In this document: positions 10,711 through 21,020 of the stretch, piece by piece
Layout of the letters: every line of letters starts with the position of its first letter
Numbering within the stretch: position 1 is the first letter of the stretch
IMG/VR virus record: IMGVR_UViG_3300025389_000010
Location: 128,001-192,000 of that record
Direction: 5' to 3' (one strand)
DNA: 64,000 nucleotides
From: a virus
Taxonomy: Duplodnaviria; Caudoviricetes
Program-made: the position numbers and the translations under genes
The notes under the pieces: model-generated
What the model was told of the DNA's origin: nothing
Seen by the model: the letters and a program-made list of their open reading frames with translations, nothing else
The model's database searches: none

Positions 10711-10724
10711 GTTATACTTACAAT

Positions 10725-10751
10725 AAAAAACCCCGCCGAAGCGGGGTTTTT
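10725..10751. terminator. Intrinsic terminator (bidirectional geometry)
   Basis: AAAAAA CCCCGC CGAA GCGGGG TTTTT. Confidence 0.85.
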
Positions 10752-10772
10752 GTTTGAATTATTTTTTAAAAC

Positions 10773-11627
10773 TTACTTGAAGAAGTCTTCACCGGGATTG
10801 AGATCGGCTTCTGTCTTGTAGCTTGCCTTGCTGGTGAGCTTGCTAACGCCACCTTCTGTGGAGTGTGGCTTGAGCTTACCATCATGACCCTTACCTGTGT
10901 GTGGTACTTCAGCTGTTTTCTTTGTTACCTTTACGCCACCGGTATTATTGTTCTTACTAAGAAGCTTCAAACCATGCTCGTCGGAAAATGCTTCAATGTC
11001 AGTTTCTTCTTTGAAGGGGTTTTCTTCTTCGCCTTCCTTTTCTTCACCTTCATGATCTTCATCTTCCATTTCTTCGCCTTCATGATCTTCATCTTCCATT
11101 TCTTCGCCTTCCCCGCCACCAATTGCTGCCTGAAGAACATCGATTAACTTTTGAGCAGTTTCACGATCAAGTGTGATTGTAACTTCATCGTCCATGTCAT
11201 CTGTATCGTCTGTATCATCAGATTCATCAAAACCATGATCCATATCTTCATCACCTTCTGTTGAAGGTTCAAATGTGCTGTCTGAAGGATTTGAAGCTGT
11301 TGAGAAATCCATTTCACCTTCTTCGCTAAGAATCTTTGCATAGAGAGCATCAAATGGATTCTTTGATTCGTAAGAAACTGAATTCTTTTTAAGGTCACCA
11401 TCTTGCTGTTGAAGATCAGCTGGTGCTTCTTCTGGATCTTCAATGTCACCATCAACTACATCCGTACCGGATTTGCTGATAAATTTCTTGACGGTTGAAT
11501 CACTTTTTGAATCACCGAATGCTTCATCCTTCTTTGGGGTAAAACCTTTTACGGCAGGATCTTTAGTGTTTTGTAAATCATCAGATTCTGTGATTACTTT
11601 GAGATATGCTTTTGCGAGTGGGTCCAT
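10773..11627 (-). CDS. Highly acidic protein, possible prohead core/scaffold
   Basis: Asp/Glu-rich, tandem EGEEMEDEDH repeat, highly-expressed-type codon usage, late motif upstream. Confidence 0.5.
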   Translation of the reverse strand: MDPLAKAYLKVITESDDLQNTKDPAVKGFTPKKDEAFGDSKSDSTVKKFISKSGTDVVDGDIEDPEEAPADLQQQDGDLKKNSVSYESKNPFDALYAKILSEEGEMDFSTASNPSDSTFEPSTEGDEDMDHGFDESDDTDDTDDMDDEVTITLDRETAQKLIDVLQAAIGGGEGEEMEDEDHEGEEMEDEDHEGEEKEGEEENPFKEETDIEAFSDEHGLKLLSKNNNTGGVKVTKKTAEVPHTGKGHDGKLKPHSTEGGVSKLTSKASYKTEADLNPGEDFFK

Positions 11628-11667
11628 ATGTTGTAATAATATTTACTCTTGTTTAATTCCTTTTTTA

Positions 11668-12006
11668 TTATTTTTTTGAAATTTTCTTAGATGTTACCTT
11701 TTTACCACTTTTCTTAATTGATGATTTTATTTTCTTAACATCCTTTTCGGTAAGCTTTTTTCCTGTATCTTTTTCTATTTTATTTTTGATTGCCCAAGGA
11801 TTGCTGTATGTTTTGCTACTTACTGATTTTTTTGATTCTTCGGTTACTTCTTCCTTTTCACACGTGCAACCATGATCTTTGCATTCTTCACATGTGCATT
11901 TTTCACATTCTTCATTTTCACATTTTTTACAATCACATGAACATGTTGATTCACTGATTACTTTGGAGTAAGCTTCTTCTAAAAGGATTTGATCTTTATT
12001 TCGCAT
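11668..12006 (-). CDS. Cys-rich small protein with KDQILLEEAY leader
   Basis: ORF track; multiple CxC motifs. Confidence 0.55.
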   Translation of the reverse strand: MRNKDQILLEEAYSKVISESTCSCDCKKCENEECEKCTCEECKDHGCTCEKEEVTEESKKSVSSKTYSNPWAIKNKIEKDTGKKLTEKDVKKIKSSIKKSGKKVTSKKISKK

Positions 12007-12014
12007 GTATATAC

Positions 12015-12194
12015 TTAGATGTTTATATCACCAAAATAACTTTTTAATTCAAACTGATCAACAGTTCCAGCAGTACCATTATCACAAGGTAAAATAAAAT
12101 CTGTAATTTGTGGATCAGATGATCCAGATAATGCAGGATTATTTGTTCCAGTAAAGGCAGTATTTAAATAATTGTATCCAAGTTCAAATGACAT
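12015..12194 (-). CDS. Small hypothetical protein (59 aa)
   Basis: My translation: MSFELGYNYLNTAFTGTNN...YFGDINI*. Confidence 0.45.
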   Translation of the reverse strand: MSFELGYNYLNTAFTGTNNPALSGSSDPQITDFILPCDNGTAGTVDQFELKSYFGDINI

Positions 12195-13044
12195 TAATAT
12201 TATTTAGTAATAGTTCTGCTTCTTTCCTGAGATCCAATGGTTTTATTAATTCATAATCATTTTCACCTGATACCCAAACTATTCCAGAATAACCAATTTT
12301 AAACGGTGTGTTCTTTTCAAATATCAGACTATATAAAGCAAGTTGAAGGCTATATTTTGACAATTCACATTTATATAGATGATTAAAAGGAGAAAGCATT
12401 CTTTCGCCTCTTGAATTATCTTTTTTAATTTCTTTGTTAGTTTTATAATCAAAAATCGCAAACTCTTTTGTTTTTTTATTATATGAAAGATTATCAACTG
12501 TACCACAAATACCAGATTCCTTGTCACCTATTACAAATTCGGATTTAATTAAAATATGATCTTCTTTCCACCATTCATAAAAGTTTAAGAAGTTACAAAT
12601 GAGCTTTGCCATTTCTTCATAATAGTTATTAACAAAATTATCATTACTGGCATAAACCCTATTGGTCATAAATGCAACCAGTGCATCTTTATCAATTGAT
12701 ATCTTTTTCCTTTCCAAGAAATTTTCAACAAACAGGTGAAATTCAGAACCTTTATGACAAGAATAATCTCTTTTAAAATCCCATTCCTCTAACACTTCAT
12801 CTGTTGAACGATGACTACGTCTGGCAATATTTGCAGCAACACCACTTGAATCAAATCCCGGTTCATAATTTTTAATTAATCCGGAAACAGAACCTTTTGC
12901 TGGTTCGTTATCAATAGTATATTTGTGTTCCTTTTCAAAAAACTTAATATTTGAAAAAGCATCGTTTAAAACAATCAGTGAATCAAAATTAGGCGTTTCC
13001 AAATCCGATAATCCTTTGTGGGTCTTTTTTTCTTGGTTGGGCAT
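12184..13044 (-). CDS. PD-(D/E)XK (RecB/Cas4-like) nuclease
   Basis: GSEFH, ICGTVDNL, IFDYKT, YSLQLALY motifs; true start may lie downstream of 13044. Confidence 0.8.
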   Translation of the reverse strand: MPNQEKKTHKGLSDLETPNFDSLIVLNDAFSNIKFFEKEHKYTIDNEPAKGSVSGLIKNYEPGFDSSGVAANIARRSHRSTDEVLEEWDFKRDYSCHKGSEFHLFVENFLERKKISIDKDALVAFMTNRVYASNDNFVNNYYEEMAKLICNFLNFYEWWKEDHILIKSEFVIGDKESGICGTVDNLSYNKKTKEFAIFDYKTNKEIKKDNSRGERMLSPFNHLYKCELSKYSLQLALYSLIFEKNTPFKIGYSGIVWVSGENDYELIKPLDLRKEAELLLNNINVI

Positions 13045-14224
13045 AAAATTCTACTTCTTTTTCAAGGTTATAAATATCACTGATAGACATTGGTTCTGTT
13101 ATCTTATCTTCAATAAGTCTTTTTGGATATTTTAAATGTTTTGCTAATTTTACTGCATCTTCAAGCGGTAAACAACCAAATTCATATTCAGCTTGAAGTC
13201 TACCTTTTCTCTTGAGTGCATCATCAATATCCTGCTTTGCGCAGTTATAGGTTACTATAACAGATGTTTTTAAAATGTCACTTAAAATACCATCCGACAG
13301 ATTAAGAAGAGAAGAAACAGCAGAAGAATCCATACCGTCACCAACTCTCTTTAAAATTGCCTTTTCTGCATCTTCAAGAATAATCACAGAGTTTGGCTTC
13401 TGAATTAATGTATGCAAGCAATTAGGATCTGTTGTAAAATACTCAATCATTGTAGTCGGAATATAAATAAAATCCCTGTCGATTGTATAAGCCAAATGCT
13501 TAATATAAGTTGTCTTGCCAGTACCCGGTGGTCCGTGAAACATATACAATCCACTAGATTTTTCCGTTAATCTTTCCTTTATTTTTTTATCAACATCCAA
13601 GAACTTTTTACCATAATTAAGTGAAAGATCTAAGTTTTCAGGCAAGTTTACACTTATAGGCTCAAATGCATAATCACCATATTGGTTTTTGATAAAAAGA
13701 TGAACTTTTGGTGCATTCTCTTCAACAACTATAAACTTTTCAAAATCTTCAATTGGATATTTTTGAACATTACTCGGTGCACAAATCATAATAGTAAAAG
13801 TTTTATTACTTTTTTCTTTACCATTTTCCTTTAAAGGGTTTGTGTTAAATATTTCACCAGCCGAAATAAGAGTACCACCTGTTGTAAACAACGGAGTATC
13901 AGATTCATATGAATCATTTTTAAGTGTTAATTTAATGAAAATATCTTTATAAGCAAACCAGAAATTACCAGTTCTAAAGTTATTGGGATTCTTTATTATA
14001 TCTTCTAAGGATGCATTACTGGTAAACTGTAACATTCTACCGTTTTCAAAAAGATATTCCAATAATTTTATAGAGAAAAAATCTTCCAAATAAACATAAG
14101 ATGGAGCATAACCGTATTTCTCCAAAATTAATTTCCTTATAGCATATTCATTTTCAGAACTATCTCTAAAGTATGAATTATCCTTTGGAACTTCATATAT
14201 CTTATTTGGTTTTAAGTTAAACAT
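12989..14224 (-). CDS. AAA+ ATPase
   Basis: GPPGTGKT Walker A, IILEDAE Walker B, LLNLSDG, RKGR arginine finger. Confidence 0.85.
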   Translation of the reverse strand: MFNLKPNKIYEVPKDNSYFRDSSENEYAIRKLILEKYGYAPSYVYLEDFFSIKLLEYLFENGRMLQFTSNASLEDIIKNPNNFRTGNFWFAYKDIFIKLTLKNDSYESDTPLFTTGGTLISAGEIFNTNPLKENGKEKSNKTFTIMICAPSNVQKYPIEDFEKFIVVEENAPKVHLFIKNQYGDYAFEPISVNLPENLDLSLNYGKKFLDVDKKIKERLTEKSSGLYMFHGPPGTGKTTYIKHLAYTIDRDFIYIPTTMIEYFTTDPNCLHTLIQKPNSVIILEDAEKAILKRVGDGMDSSAVSSLLNLSDGILSDILKTSVIVTYNCAKQDIDDALKRKGRLQAEYEFGCLPLEDAVKLAKHLKYPKRLIEDKITEPMSISDIYNLEKEVEFYAQPRKKDPQRIIGFGNA

Positions 14225-14316
14225 AACACTACTTTACTGGTTTTTAAGATAAAAGCAAACAAAATATTGACTTTTTATGTTCCACATGAGAACATTCAAA
14301 ATAGGTAAATATAAGC

Positions 14317-14724
14317 ATGGAAAAACTAACCAAAAAAAAATTAAGTTTGATCCATACGAGGTGTTTGAATCTTATAAGAAAAAAGCCACCTGAGTTTTTA
14401 GTTTTTAAGAAGTTACGTTATTATGGTTGGTGTTACGATTCTTCTTTTGGTATTGATGAACAAATTATTGTAGATCATAGAAAATCTCCAATACGCACTG
14501 TATATCACGAATGTCTGCATTATCTTTATCCAGATTGGAGTGAAACCAAGGTTTTGAACGTAGAATCAAAAATGGTTAATAGATTATCAATGCTTGAGAT
14601 TGCAAATTTCATGAAAATATTTTCAATTAAGTTTTATGAAAATGAACTCAAAAAAGCTAGATCTAAAAAAAGAAAAAAAACTAAAAGGAAAAAACCAACA
14701 AATAAAAATAAAACTGTTGATTGA
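14317..14724 (+). CDS. Putative zincin-like protein
   Basis: HECLH (HExxH); TAAATA upstream. Confidence 0.5.
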   Translation: MEKLTKKKLSLIHTRCLNLIRKKPPEFLVFKKLRYYGWCYDSSFGIDEQIIVDHRKSPIRTVYHECLHYLYPDWSETKVLNVESKMVNRLSMLEIANFMKIFSIKFYENELKKARSKKRKKTKRKKPTNKNKTVD

Positions 14725-14767
14725 AACCGATGAAGCTGCTAGAATTTGATAAATAGTAGTACACATT

Positions 14768-15739
14768 ATGATATTCAACGAACAAATTAGCCGTAAACCG
14801 AACCTATACCCTTGGACCGAAGAATTCATCGAAGCAATGCACAATGGCTTCTGGACTGACAAAGAATTCTCATTTAAATCAGATGTTCAGCAATTCAAAG
14901 TAAATCTTACAGAGCAAGAAAGAGAAATTATCATTCGTACTCTTTCTGCGATTGGTCAGATTGAAATTGCGGTCAAAACTTTTTGGGCAAAGCTTGGAGA
15001 GAATCTTCCACATCCTGCCATGCAAGACCTCGGATATGTAATGGCAAACACAGAAGTTATTCATAACAATGCATACGAGAGATTAATTTCAGTCCTTGGT
15101 CTTGAAGATGTATTTGAAAATAATCTTAAACTCGAATGGATTGAAGGTCGTGTAAAGTATCTCCGTAAATATACTCACAAATATTACAAGGATTCAAAGA
15201 AGCAGTATCTTTATGCTATTATTCTCTTTACTCTTTTTGTTGAGAATGTTTCTTTATTCTCTCAATTCTATGTAATCAATTGGTTTGCAAGATATAAGAA
15301 TGTCCTTAAGGATACAGATCAACAAGTTAAGTACACTCGTAACGAAGAGAATATTCATGCTCTTGTTGGTATTAAGATTATTAATACTATTCGTTCTGAA
15401 TATCCAGAACTCTTTGATGAAGAGCTTGAGAATAAAATTATTTCCGAAGCAGAGGAAGCATTTAAGTCTGAATCAAAGATCGTTGATTGGATGATCAACG
15501 GAATTCAAGAAGAAGGTCTTACCGCTGGAATTTTGAAAGAATTTATCAAGAATCGTATCAATGATTCACTCGTTCAAATTGGTTTCAAAAAAGCTTTTGA
15601 AGTTGATAAAGAACTTCTTAAAGAAACAAAATGGTTTACAGAAGAATTACTTGGAAATAATATGGTTGATTTTTTTTCAAGCCGTCCCACCGAGTACTCT
15701 AAAAAATCTCAATGTTTCGACGAATCTGAATTATTTTAA
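14768..15739 (+). CDS. nrdB: Ribonucleotide reductase class Ia beta subunit
   Basis: FW, E..H iron-ligand motifs (EVIHNNAY, DE/EENIH), ENVSLFSQF, DFF. Confidence 0.93.
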   Translation: MIFNEQISRKPNLYPWTEEFIEAMHNGFWTDKEFSFKSDVQQFKVNLTEQEREIIIRTLSAIGQIEIAVKTFWAKLGENLPHPAMQDLGYVMANTEVIHNNAYERLISVLGLEDVFENNLKLEWIEGRVKYLRKYTHKYYKDSKKQYLYAIILFTLFVENVSLFSQFYVINWFARYKNVLKDTDQQVKYTRNEENIHALVGIKIINTIRSEYPELFDEELENKIISEAEEAFKSESKIVDWMINGIQEEGLTAGILKEFIKNRINDSLVQIGFKKAFEVDKELLKETKWFTEELLGNNMVDFFSSRPTEYSKKSQCFDESELF

Positions 15740-15780
15740 TATTTTTTATTAAAGAGGATTTTTATTCACTAAGTATTCTT

Positions 15781-16698
15781 ATGTCTAGAAAATATAAGAA
15801 AAAAAGAACCGTTCATCGTATAGATCAAACGAATTCACCTTTTTATGTTTATTGTTTATTTTGGTCTGATGCTAAAAATAATATAGAATATAATGAAAAA
15901 AATGTTTTCTATATAGGTAAAGCTAAAAATAAAGAATTCGATTGTTTAAGAAGAGAAAATAAACATCTAGAAGAAGCATATAGAAAAAGTCATTGGAATT
16001 TTCATAAATCTAGAAAAATAAGAAATTTAGAAGAAAATAATAAATTTATAATGTCTAAAATATTAGAAGAGTTTGATAGTGAATTTTCTGCATATGAGGC
16101 AGAATTAAAATGGTTTAACTTTTTTAAAAATAAAGGATTGGATTTAACTAATATGGTAGAGTGTGGAATGTCTTGGGTTGGATCTGGTGAAACACATCCA
16201 TCATATGATTTTAAAATCAGAGAAAAGTCAAAGGAAATAAAAAACTTGTACGTTGAAAATTTATGGTCAATACAAAAGATTGCTAAAAAATTTAATAAAT
16301 CAACCAAAGTTATAAAACAAATTTTGTTTAGCGAAAATGTAAACTTTAGAGAAAAGACAATTAGACATCCGCTTTGGCTTAAAACTGATGAAATTTTAAA
16401 AAAATATAACAGCGGCTATTCTTTAAATAAACTAACAACAGAATATAATGCATCCGTTAATTTTTTTTCTAATATGTTAAAGGAATTGGGTTGCAAAATA
16501 AGGGCAACCGATTCATATAAAAGAAGATCAAATGCGTGGAAACATATAGATGAAATTTTAAATTTATATAAAAATGGAACTACAATAAAATGTTTATGTG
16601 AAAATTATAAATGTGATCCATGTGTAATAAGAAAAATTTTAAAAGAAAACGAGATTTCAACGAAAAGATCCTTGTTTAAATCTGAAACATCAGTATAA
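15781..16698 (+). CDS. GIY-YIG homing endonuclease with C-terminal HTH repeats
   Basis: FYVYCL...FYIGKA...RR..KH; three helical repeats; visibly more AT-rich than the flanking nrd genes. Confidence 0.75.
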   Translation: MSRKYKKKRTVHRIDQTNSPFYVYCLFWSDAKNNIEYNEKNVFYIGKAKNKEFDCLRRENKHLEEAYRKSHWNFHKSRKIRNLEENNKFIMSKILEEFDSEFSAYEAELKWFNFFKNKGLDLTNMVECGMSWVGSGETHPSYDFKIREKSKEIKNLYVENLWSIQKIAKKFNKSTKVIKQILFSENVNFREKTIRHPLWLKTDEILKKYNSGYSLNKLTTEYNASVNFFSNMLKELGCKIRATDSYKRRSNAWKHIDEILNLYKNGTTIKCLCENYKCDPCVIRKILKENEISTKRSLFKSETSV

Positions 16699-16715
16699 TA
16701 TTATTATAACATTTT

Positions 16716-18374
16716 ATGACAACAACACAAGAACCGTACTATTGGCTAAATAAAGATTCTATTAAATTTTTACATAGAGGATATTTGCTTGAAGGTGAAG
16801 AACCAAAGAAAAGATATAAAGATATAGCAGAAACCGCCGAAAGAATTTTAAACATAAAAGGATTTGCTGATAAATTTGAAGATTATGTATCTAAGGGATT
16901 TTACTCTTTGAGTTCTCCTATAGTTTCAAACTTTGGTCGTAAAAGAGGTCTTCCTATTTCTTGTTTTGGTTCTCATATTCCTGACACAATGTCTGGTATC
17001 CTTGAAAAGGTTTCAGAAGTTGGAATCATGACAAAGAATGGTGGGGGTACATCTGCATACTTTGGCGATCTTAGAGCAAGAGGCACCGAGATTTCTTCCG
17101 GTGGTGAATCTACTGGTTCAGTTCACTTCATGGAATTATTCAATAAACTCATGGGTGTTGTTTCTCAAGGCAATGTTCGTCGTGGATCTTTTGCAGCTTA
17201 TCTTCCTATTGATCATGGTGATATTGAAGAGTTTCTCAAGATTCGTGGAGAAGGAAATGAAATCCAAGATCTTTCAATCGGTGTAACTGTAACTGATGAA
17301 TGGATGAAGTCCATGCTTGATGGTGATAAGGAAAAGAGAAGAATTTGGGGTCTTGTTCTCAAAAAGAGATTTGAGTCTGGTTATCCTTATATTTTCTTTA
17401 CTGATAATGTAAACACCAGAGCACCTTTGGTTTATAGACAGAAAGGAATGAAGATTACACAATCAAATCTTTGTACTGAAATCATGCTTCCTAATAGTGA
17501 AGATGAATCATTTGTATGTGATCTTTCTTCAATGAATTTGGAAAGATGGGAAGATTGGAAAGATACTGATGCAGTTGAAACGATGATCTTTTTCTTGGAT
17601 GCTGTAATGACAGAATTCATCAATAAGACTGAAGGTATGAAATTCATGGAAGCACCTAGAAAGTTTGCTATTCGTCATCGTGCATTAGGTCTTGGTGTTC
17701 TTGGATGGCATTCTCTATTACAATCCAAGATGATTGCATTTGAGTCAATGCAAGCCAAAATACTCAATGTTCAGATTTGGCATTTGATTCGTGAAAAAGC
17801 AGACAATGCTACTGCTGAACTTGCAAAGTTATACGGTGAACCAGAACTTCTTAAGGGTTATGGTCGTAGAAACACCACAACGCTTGCTGTAGCTCCTACA
17901 ACGTCATCTTCATTTATTCTTGGTCAAGTTAGTCCATCCATTGAGCCTAACAATAGTAACTACTATGTTAAGGATCTTGCTAAAGGAAAATTCTCGTATA
18001 AGAATCCTTATCTCAAGAAACTATTGAAGGAAAAAGGAAAGAACGATGAAGAAGTTTGGATGGATATTCTCAAGCACAGTGGATCAGTTCAGCATTTGGA
18101 TTTCCTCACTCAAGAGGAAAAGGATGTATTCAAAACCTTTGAGGAAACATCACAAAAGGAAATTATTATCCAAGCTGCTGGTAGACAACATCATATTGAC
18201 CAAGGTCAGAGCTTGAATATGCTTATTCCAGCTGGAACACCGCCGAAGGCTGTAAATGAACTTATCATCTTTGCTTGGGAGCAAGGTATCAAGTCTCTTT
18301 ATTACCAGAGATCAACCAATCCAGCAAAAGAGCTTGCTCGTTCAATTATGACTTGCAAATCATGTGAAGCATAA
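16716..18374 (+). CDS. nrdA: Ribonucleotide reductase class Ia alpha subunit (short, no ATP cone)
   Basis: ISCF, GGGTS, QSNLCTEI, VCDLSS, APTTSSS, SIEP, DQGQS, KSLYY, C-terminal CKSCEA. Confidence 0.95.
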   Translation: MTTTQEPYYWLNKDSIKFLHRGYLLEGEEPKKRYKDIAETAERILNIKGFADKFEDYVSKGFYSLSSPIVSNFGRKRGLPISCFGSHIPDTMSGILEKVSEVGIMTKNGGGTSAYFGDLRARGTEISSGGESTGSVHFMELFNKLMGVVSQGNVRRGSFAAYLPIDHGDIEEFLKIRGEGNEIQDLSIGVTVTDEWMKSMLDGDKEKRRIWGLVLKKRFESGYPYIFFTDNVNTRAPLVYRQKGMKITQSNLCTEIMLPNSEDESFVCDLSSMNLERWEDWKDTDAVETMIFFLDAVMTEFINKTEGMKFMEAPRKFAIRHRALGLGVLGWHSLLQSKMIAFESMQAKILNVQIWHLIREKADNATAELAKLYGEPELLKGYGRRNTTTLAVAPTTSSSFILGQVSPSIEPNNSNYYVKDLAKGKFSYKNPYLKKLLKEKGKNDEEVWMDILKHSGSVQHLDFLTQEEKDVFKTFEETSQKEIIIQAAGRQHHIDQGQSLNMLIPAGTPPKAVNELIIFAWEQGIKSLYYQRSTNPAKELARSIMTCKSCEA

Positions 18375-18397
18375 TATAAGTAGTTTTATACTACTTT

Positions 18398-18838
18398 ATG
18401 TCACTCTATAATGATTACGGTTGCAGAAGAACTATTAAGAAGGACTTAGCGTTCTGGAGAGAGATATATTCTGATCCAGACGTTAAGAAGTTCATGGCTC
18501 TTTGGGGAAAAGAGCCAACCGATTCTCAAGAGTTTTGGGAGTATTTAAATTCATGTGATAGGTTTGTCGTATTCAACGGAGAAAATGAACTTGTCGGTGG
18601 ATTTACAATATATCATAGGGAAAACAAAACAGCGGAGTTTGGAATAGCAACTCATCCTAATTTTAGGGGCAAAGGTTTGGGTAATATAATCATGTCATTC
18701 TTACAGGATACAGCAAAAGACTTTGGTATTAAAACGCTAAAGGCTGATGTATACGAAGAAAACGCAGCAAGTTTGGCTTTATTAAAAAAGAACGGATTTA
18801 AACCAATTGTATTTTTAGAAAAAAATATAAACAGTTGA
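18398..18838 (+). CDS. GNAT family acetyltransferase
   Basis: THPNFRGKGLG acetyl-CoA motif; N.ASLALLKKNGF. Confidence 0.8.
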   Translation: MSLYNDYGCRRTIKKDLAFWREIYSDPDVKKFMALWGKEPTDSQEFWEYLNSCDRFVVFNGENELVGGFTIYHRENKTAEFGIATHPNFRGKGLGNIIMSFLQDTAKDFGIKTLKADVYEENAASLALLKKNGFKPIVFLEKNINS

Positions 18839-18870
18839 CAAAAATTATAAAATGATGTTTAATATACATC

Positions 18871-19116
18871 ATGAGAAATTACGAAATCGCAATTTGCAAA
18901 CAAGCTGCACCTTATTTTAACGAAATGCTTAAAAGCAAAGGTTATAAAAAGAGAGGTCTTTATATTACAGAAGATAATCAATATACGAAAATTGTAATAC
19001 CTTTTGTTGAAAATTGGTTTGATATTGAGGGTGAGCTTTTTGATTGGAAAATAAAAAGTGAAATTCCAGAAGTAAAAAACTCTGGATTTTGGGGTCAATA
19101 TTCTTCCTGCGTATAG
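18871..19116 (+). CDS. Hypothetical protein
   Basis: ORF track; TTGACA-17-TTTAAT promoter upstream. Confidence 0.5.
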   Translation: MRNYEIAICKQAAPYFNEMLKSKGYKKRGLYITEDNQYTKIVIPFVENWFDIEGELFDWKIKSEIPEVKNSGFWGQYSSCV

Positions 19117-19295
19117 GATAAATATTGACAGTAAAAATGAATATAATTTCAATACTTTCAATATTAGGAATTTTTGTAATTTTTTTATTTTTATTGTTTA
19201 TAACTATTTGTTTCATACCAGAAATAGAAGCTTTCTTTTTAAAATTCAAAAGAAAAAAAGATTGACATAAATTTTATTTTTCATATAGTTTAAGC

Positions 19296-19889
19296 ATGAA
19301 AAATGTCTTCCTTATCGCAGATCTTCATTTTGGAGATTCTGATATGTGCAGTCTTCTTAAAGAAGACGGACATCCTATACGCCCTTTTAAAAGCGTAGAG
19401 GAGCATGATGCTACTTTGATTGAGAACTGGAACAAAGTTGTCAACGATGGTGATAAGGTTTATGTTCTTGGTGATGTTGCCCAAAAGAAAAAAGATTTGG
19501 AAAAGTTTACCGAATTACACGGTAAGAAAATCCTTATCAAAGGGAACCATGATATTTATGAGATGAAAGAGTATGCGAAGTATTTTAAAGATATTCGTGG
19601 CACTCATCGTCTTGAGAATGGTATTCTCATGAGCCATATTCCAGTTCATCCTAGTACATTTGGTAAAGCTCATAAAGTGAACGTGCATGGTCATATTCAC
19701 GATAAAAGAGTGATTGTTCCGGGCGATAGATATCCAGACATAAGATACTTCTGTGTCTCATGTGAACATATTAACTATACTCCTATGGAGCTTGGTGCTA
19801 TTGAAACAGAAGTCTTTGGCTTTGATAGTCGTGCAAAAGCTTTAGATGAATTGACAAAACAAGCTCAAGAGCTTAACATGGGATATTGA
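19296..19889 (+). CDS. Calcineurin-like metallophosphoesterase
   Basis: DLHFG, GDV, GNHD, SHIP, HGHIH. Confidence 0.88.
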   Translation: MKNVFLIADLHFGDSDMCSLLKEDGHPIRPFKSVEEHDATLIENWNKVVNDGDKVYVLGDVAQKKKDLEKFTELHGKKILIKGNHDIYEMKEYAKYFKDIRGTHRLENGILMSHIPVHPSTFGKAHKVNVHGHIHDKRVIVPGDRYPDIRYFCVSCEHINYTPMELGAIETEVFGFDSRAKALDELTKQAQELNMGY

Positions 19890-20110
19890 TTATGAAAGTA
19901 AAAGAACTAATAGAAAAACTACAAAAATTCGATCCAGAGCTTTTTGTTATGGTTGATGGATATGAGGGTGGCGTTGATTTTCCATCAGAACCATATATAA
20001 CTCCTATTCGTATTAATGTTCATACCGCATGGTATTATGGTAAACATAAAGTACATCATGTTAGTGATTCAGAGAGTCCAGATTGTGAAGCAGTAATAAT
20101 ACCAAGATGA
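19886..20110 (+). CDS. Hypothetical protein (MKVKELIEKLQ family)
   Basis: ORF track. Confidence 0.5.
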   Translation: MIMKVKELIEKLQKFDPELFVMVDGYEGGVDFPSEPYITPIRINVHTAWYYGKHKVHHVSDSESPDCEAVIIPR

Positions 20111-20618
20111 AGAAACTGTGGAACCATCCTATAACCGTTTGGATTACAATAATCCTATTAATAATAACATTGGTTTTTGAAATTTACATATTAAGTAATT
20201 AAAATGAAAGATTATTTCTACCTAATACCACATATTGCATTATTATTTCTTGCTCTTGGTTTCATAGGATTCATGATTATGATTTCTCCAGAGTTTAGAA
20301 AAATGTTAAAAAGGAATAAAAAAATTGCAAAAAGAAAAAATAGAATTAAAGAAAATTCCAAAGCCAGAGACTACCAGATATAAATCTTGGGAAGCTTTTG
20401 TAAAAAGCGTTCATAAAAGTATAGGTAGACAATTGGGTTCTGGTGTGATATCATTTAATGATGAACATTCAAATAAACAAAGAAGAACTTTATAAACTTT
20501 ATATGGAAAAGGTAGATGAAATCTGCCAAAAATGTGATTGGGTTACTGATTTTGGGCCAAAAGAAATCATATATTTGATTTCAAAAATTATTGAAGATAA
20601 TTTTGATGTTATCATAAA

Positions 20619-21020
20619 ATGAGATTTACACCAGAAAATATAGAATTCCTTGATCCAGATGAGGTTTTTGTTTTTGGATCAAATTTAGCCGGTATACACG
20701 GAGCAGGTGCAGCCAAATTAGCACATGTCAGATTCGGTGCAAAAATGGGAACAGGTATTGGAATGATGGGTCAATCTTATGCAATACCCACAAAAGATAA
20801 AGATATAAAAAGTTTACCTTTGGATAGAATTAAACAGTGGGTTAAAGGTTTTTTGATGTATGCTGACATGCACCAAAATAAAACATTTTTGGTTACAAAA
20901 ATTGGTTGTGGATTAGCGGGTTATGAAGTAAAAGATATTGCTCCTTTCTTTAAGGATTCACCACCAAATGTTGTTCTGCCGAAAGATTTTTATGATTATA
21001 TAACTTTAAGTTCTGGATAA
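20619..21020 (+). CDS. A1S_2505-like phage protein (macro-like fold)
   Basis: VFVFGSNLAGIHGAGAA, GQSYAIPT, IGCGLAG. Confidence 0.75.
   Translation: MRFTPENIEFLDPDEVFVFGSNLAGIHGAGAAKLAHVRFGAKMGTGIGMMGQSYAIPTKDKDIKSLPLDRIKQWVKGFLMYADMHQNKTFLVTKIGCGLAGYEVKDIAPFFKDSPPNVVLPKDFYDYITLSSG

Noticed and set aside
10863-11455. Alternative-frame ORFs inside the acidic gene, and similar nested ORFs in 56385-57000
   Set aside because: By-products of low-complexity GAA/GAT codon runs; there is no independent start signal.
12184-13044. Cas4-like nuclease as evidence for a CRISPR system
   Set aside because: Stand-alone RecB/Cas4-like nucleases are common in phages; there is no array or other cas gene here.
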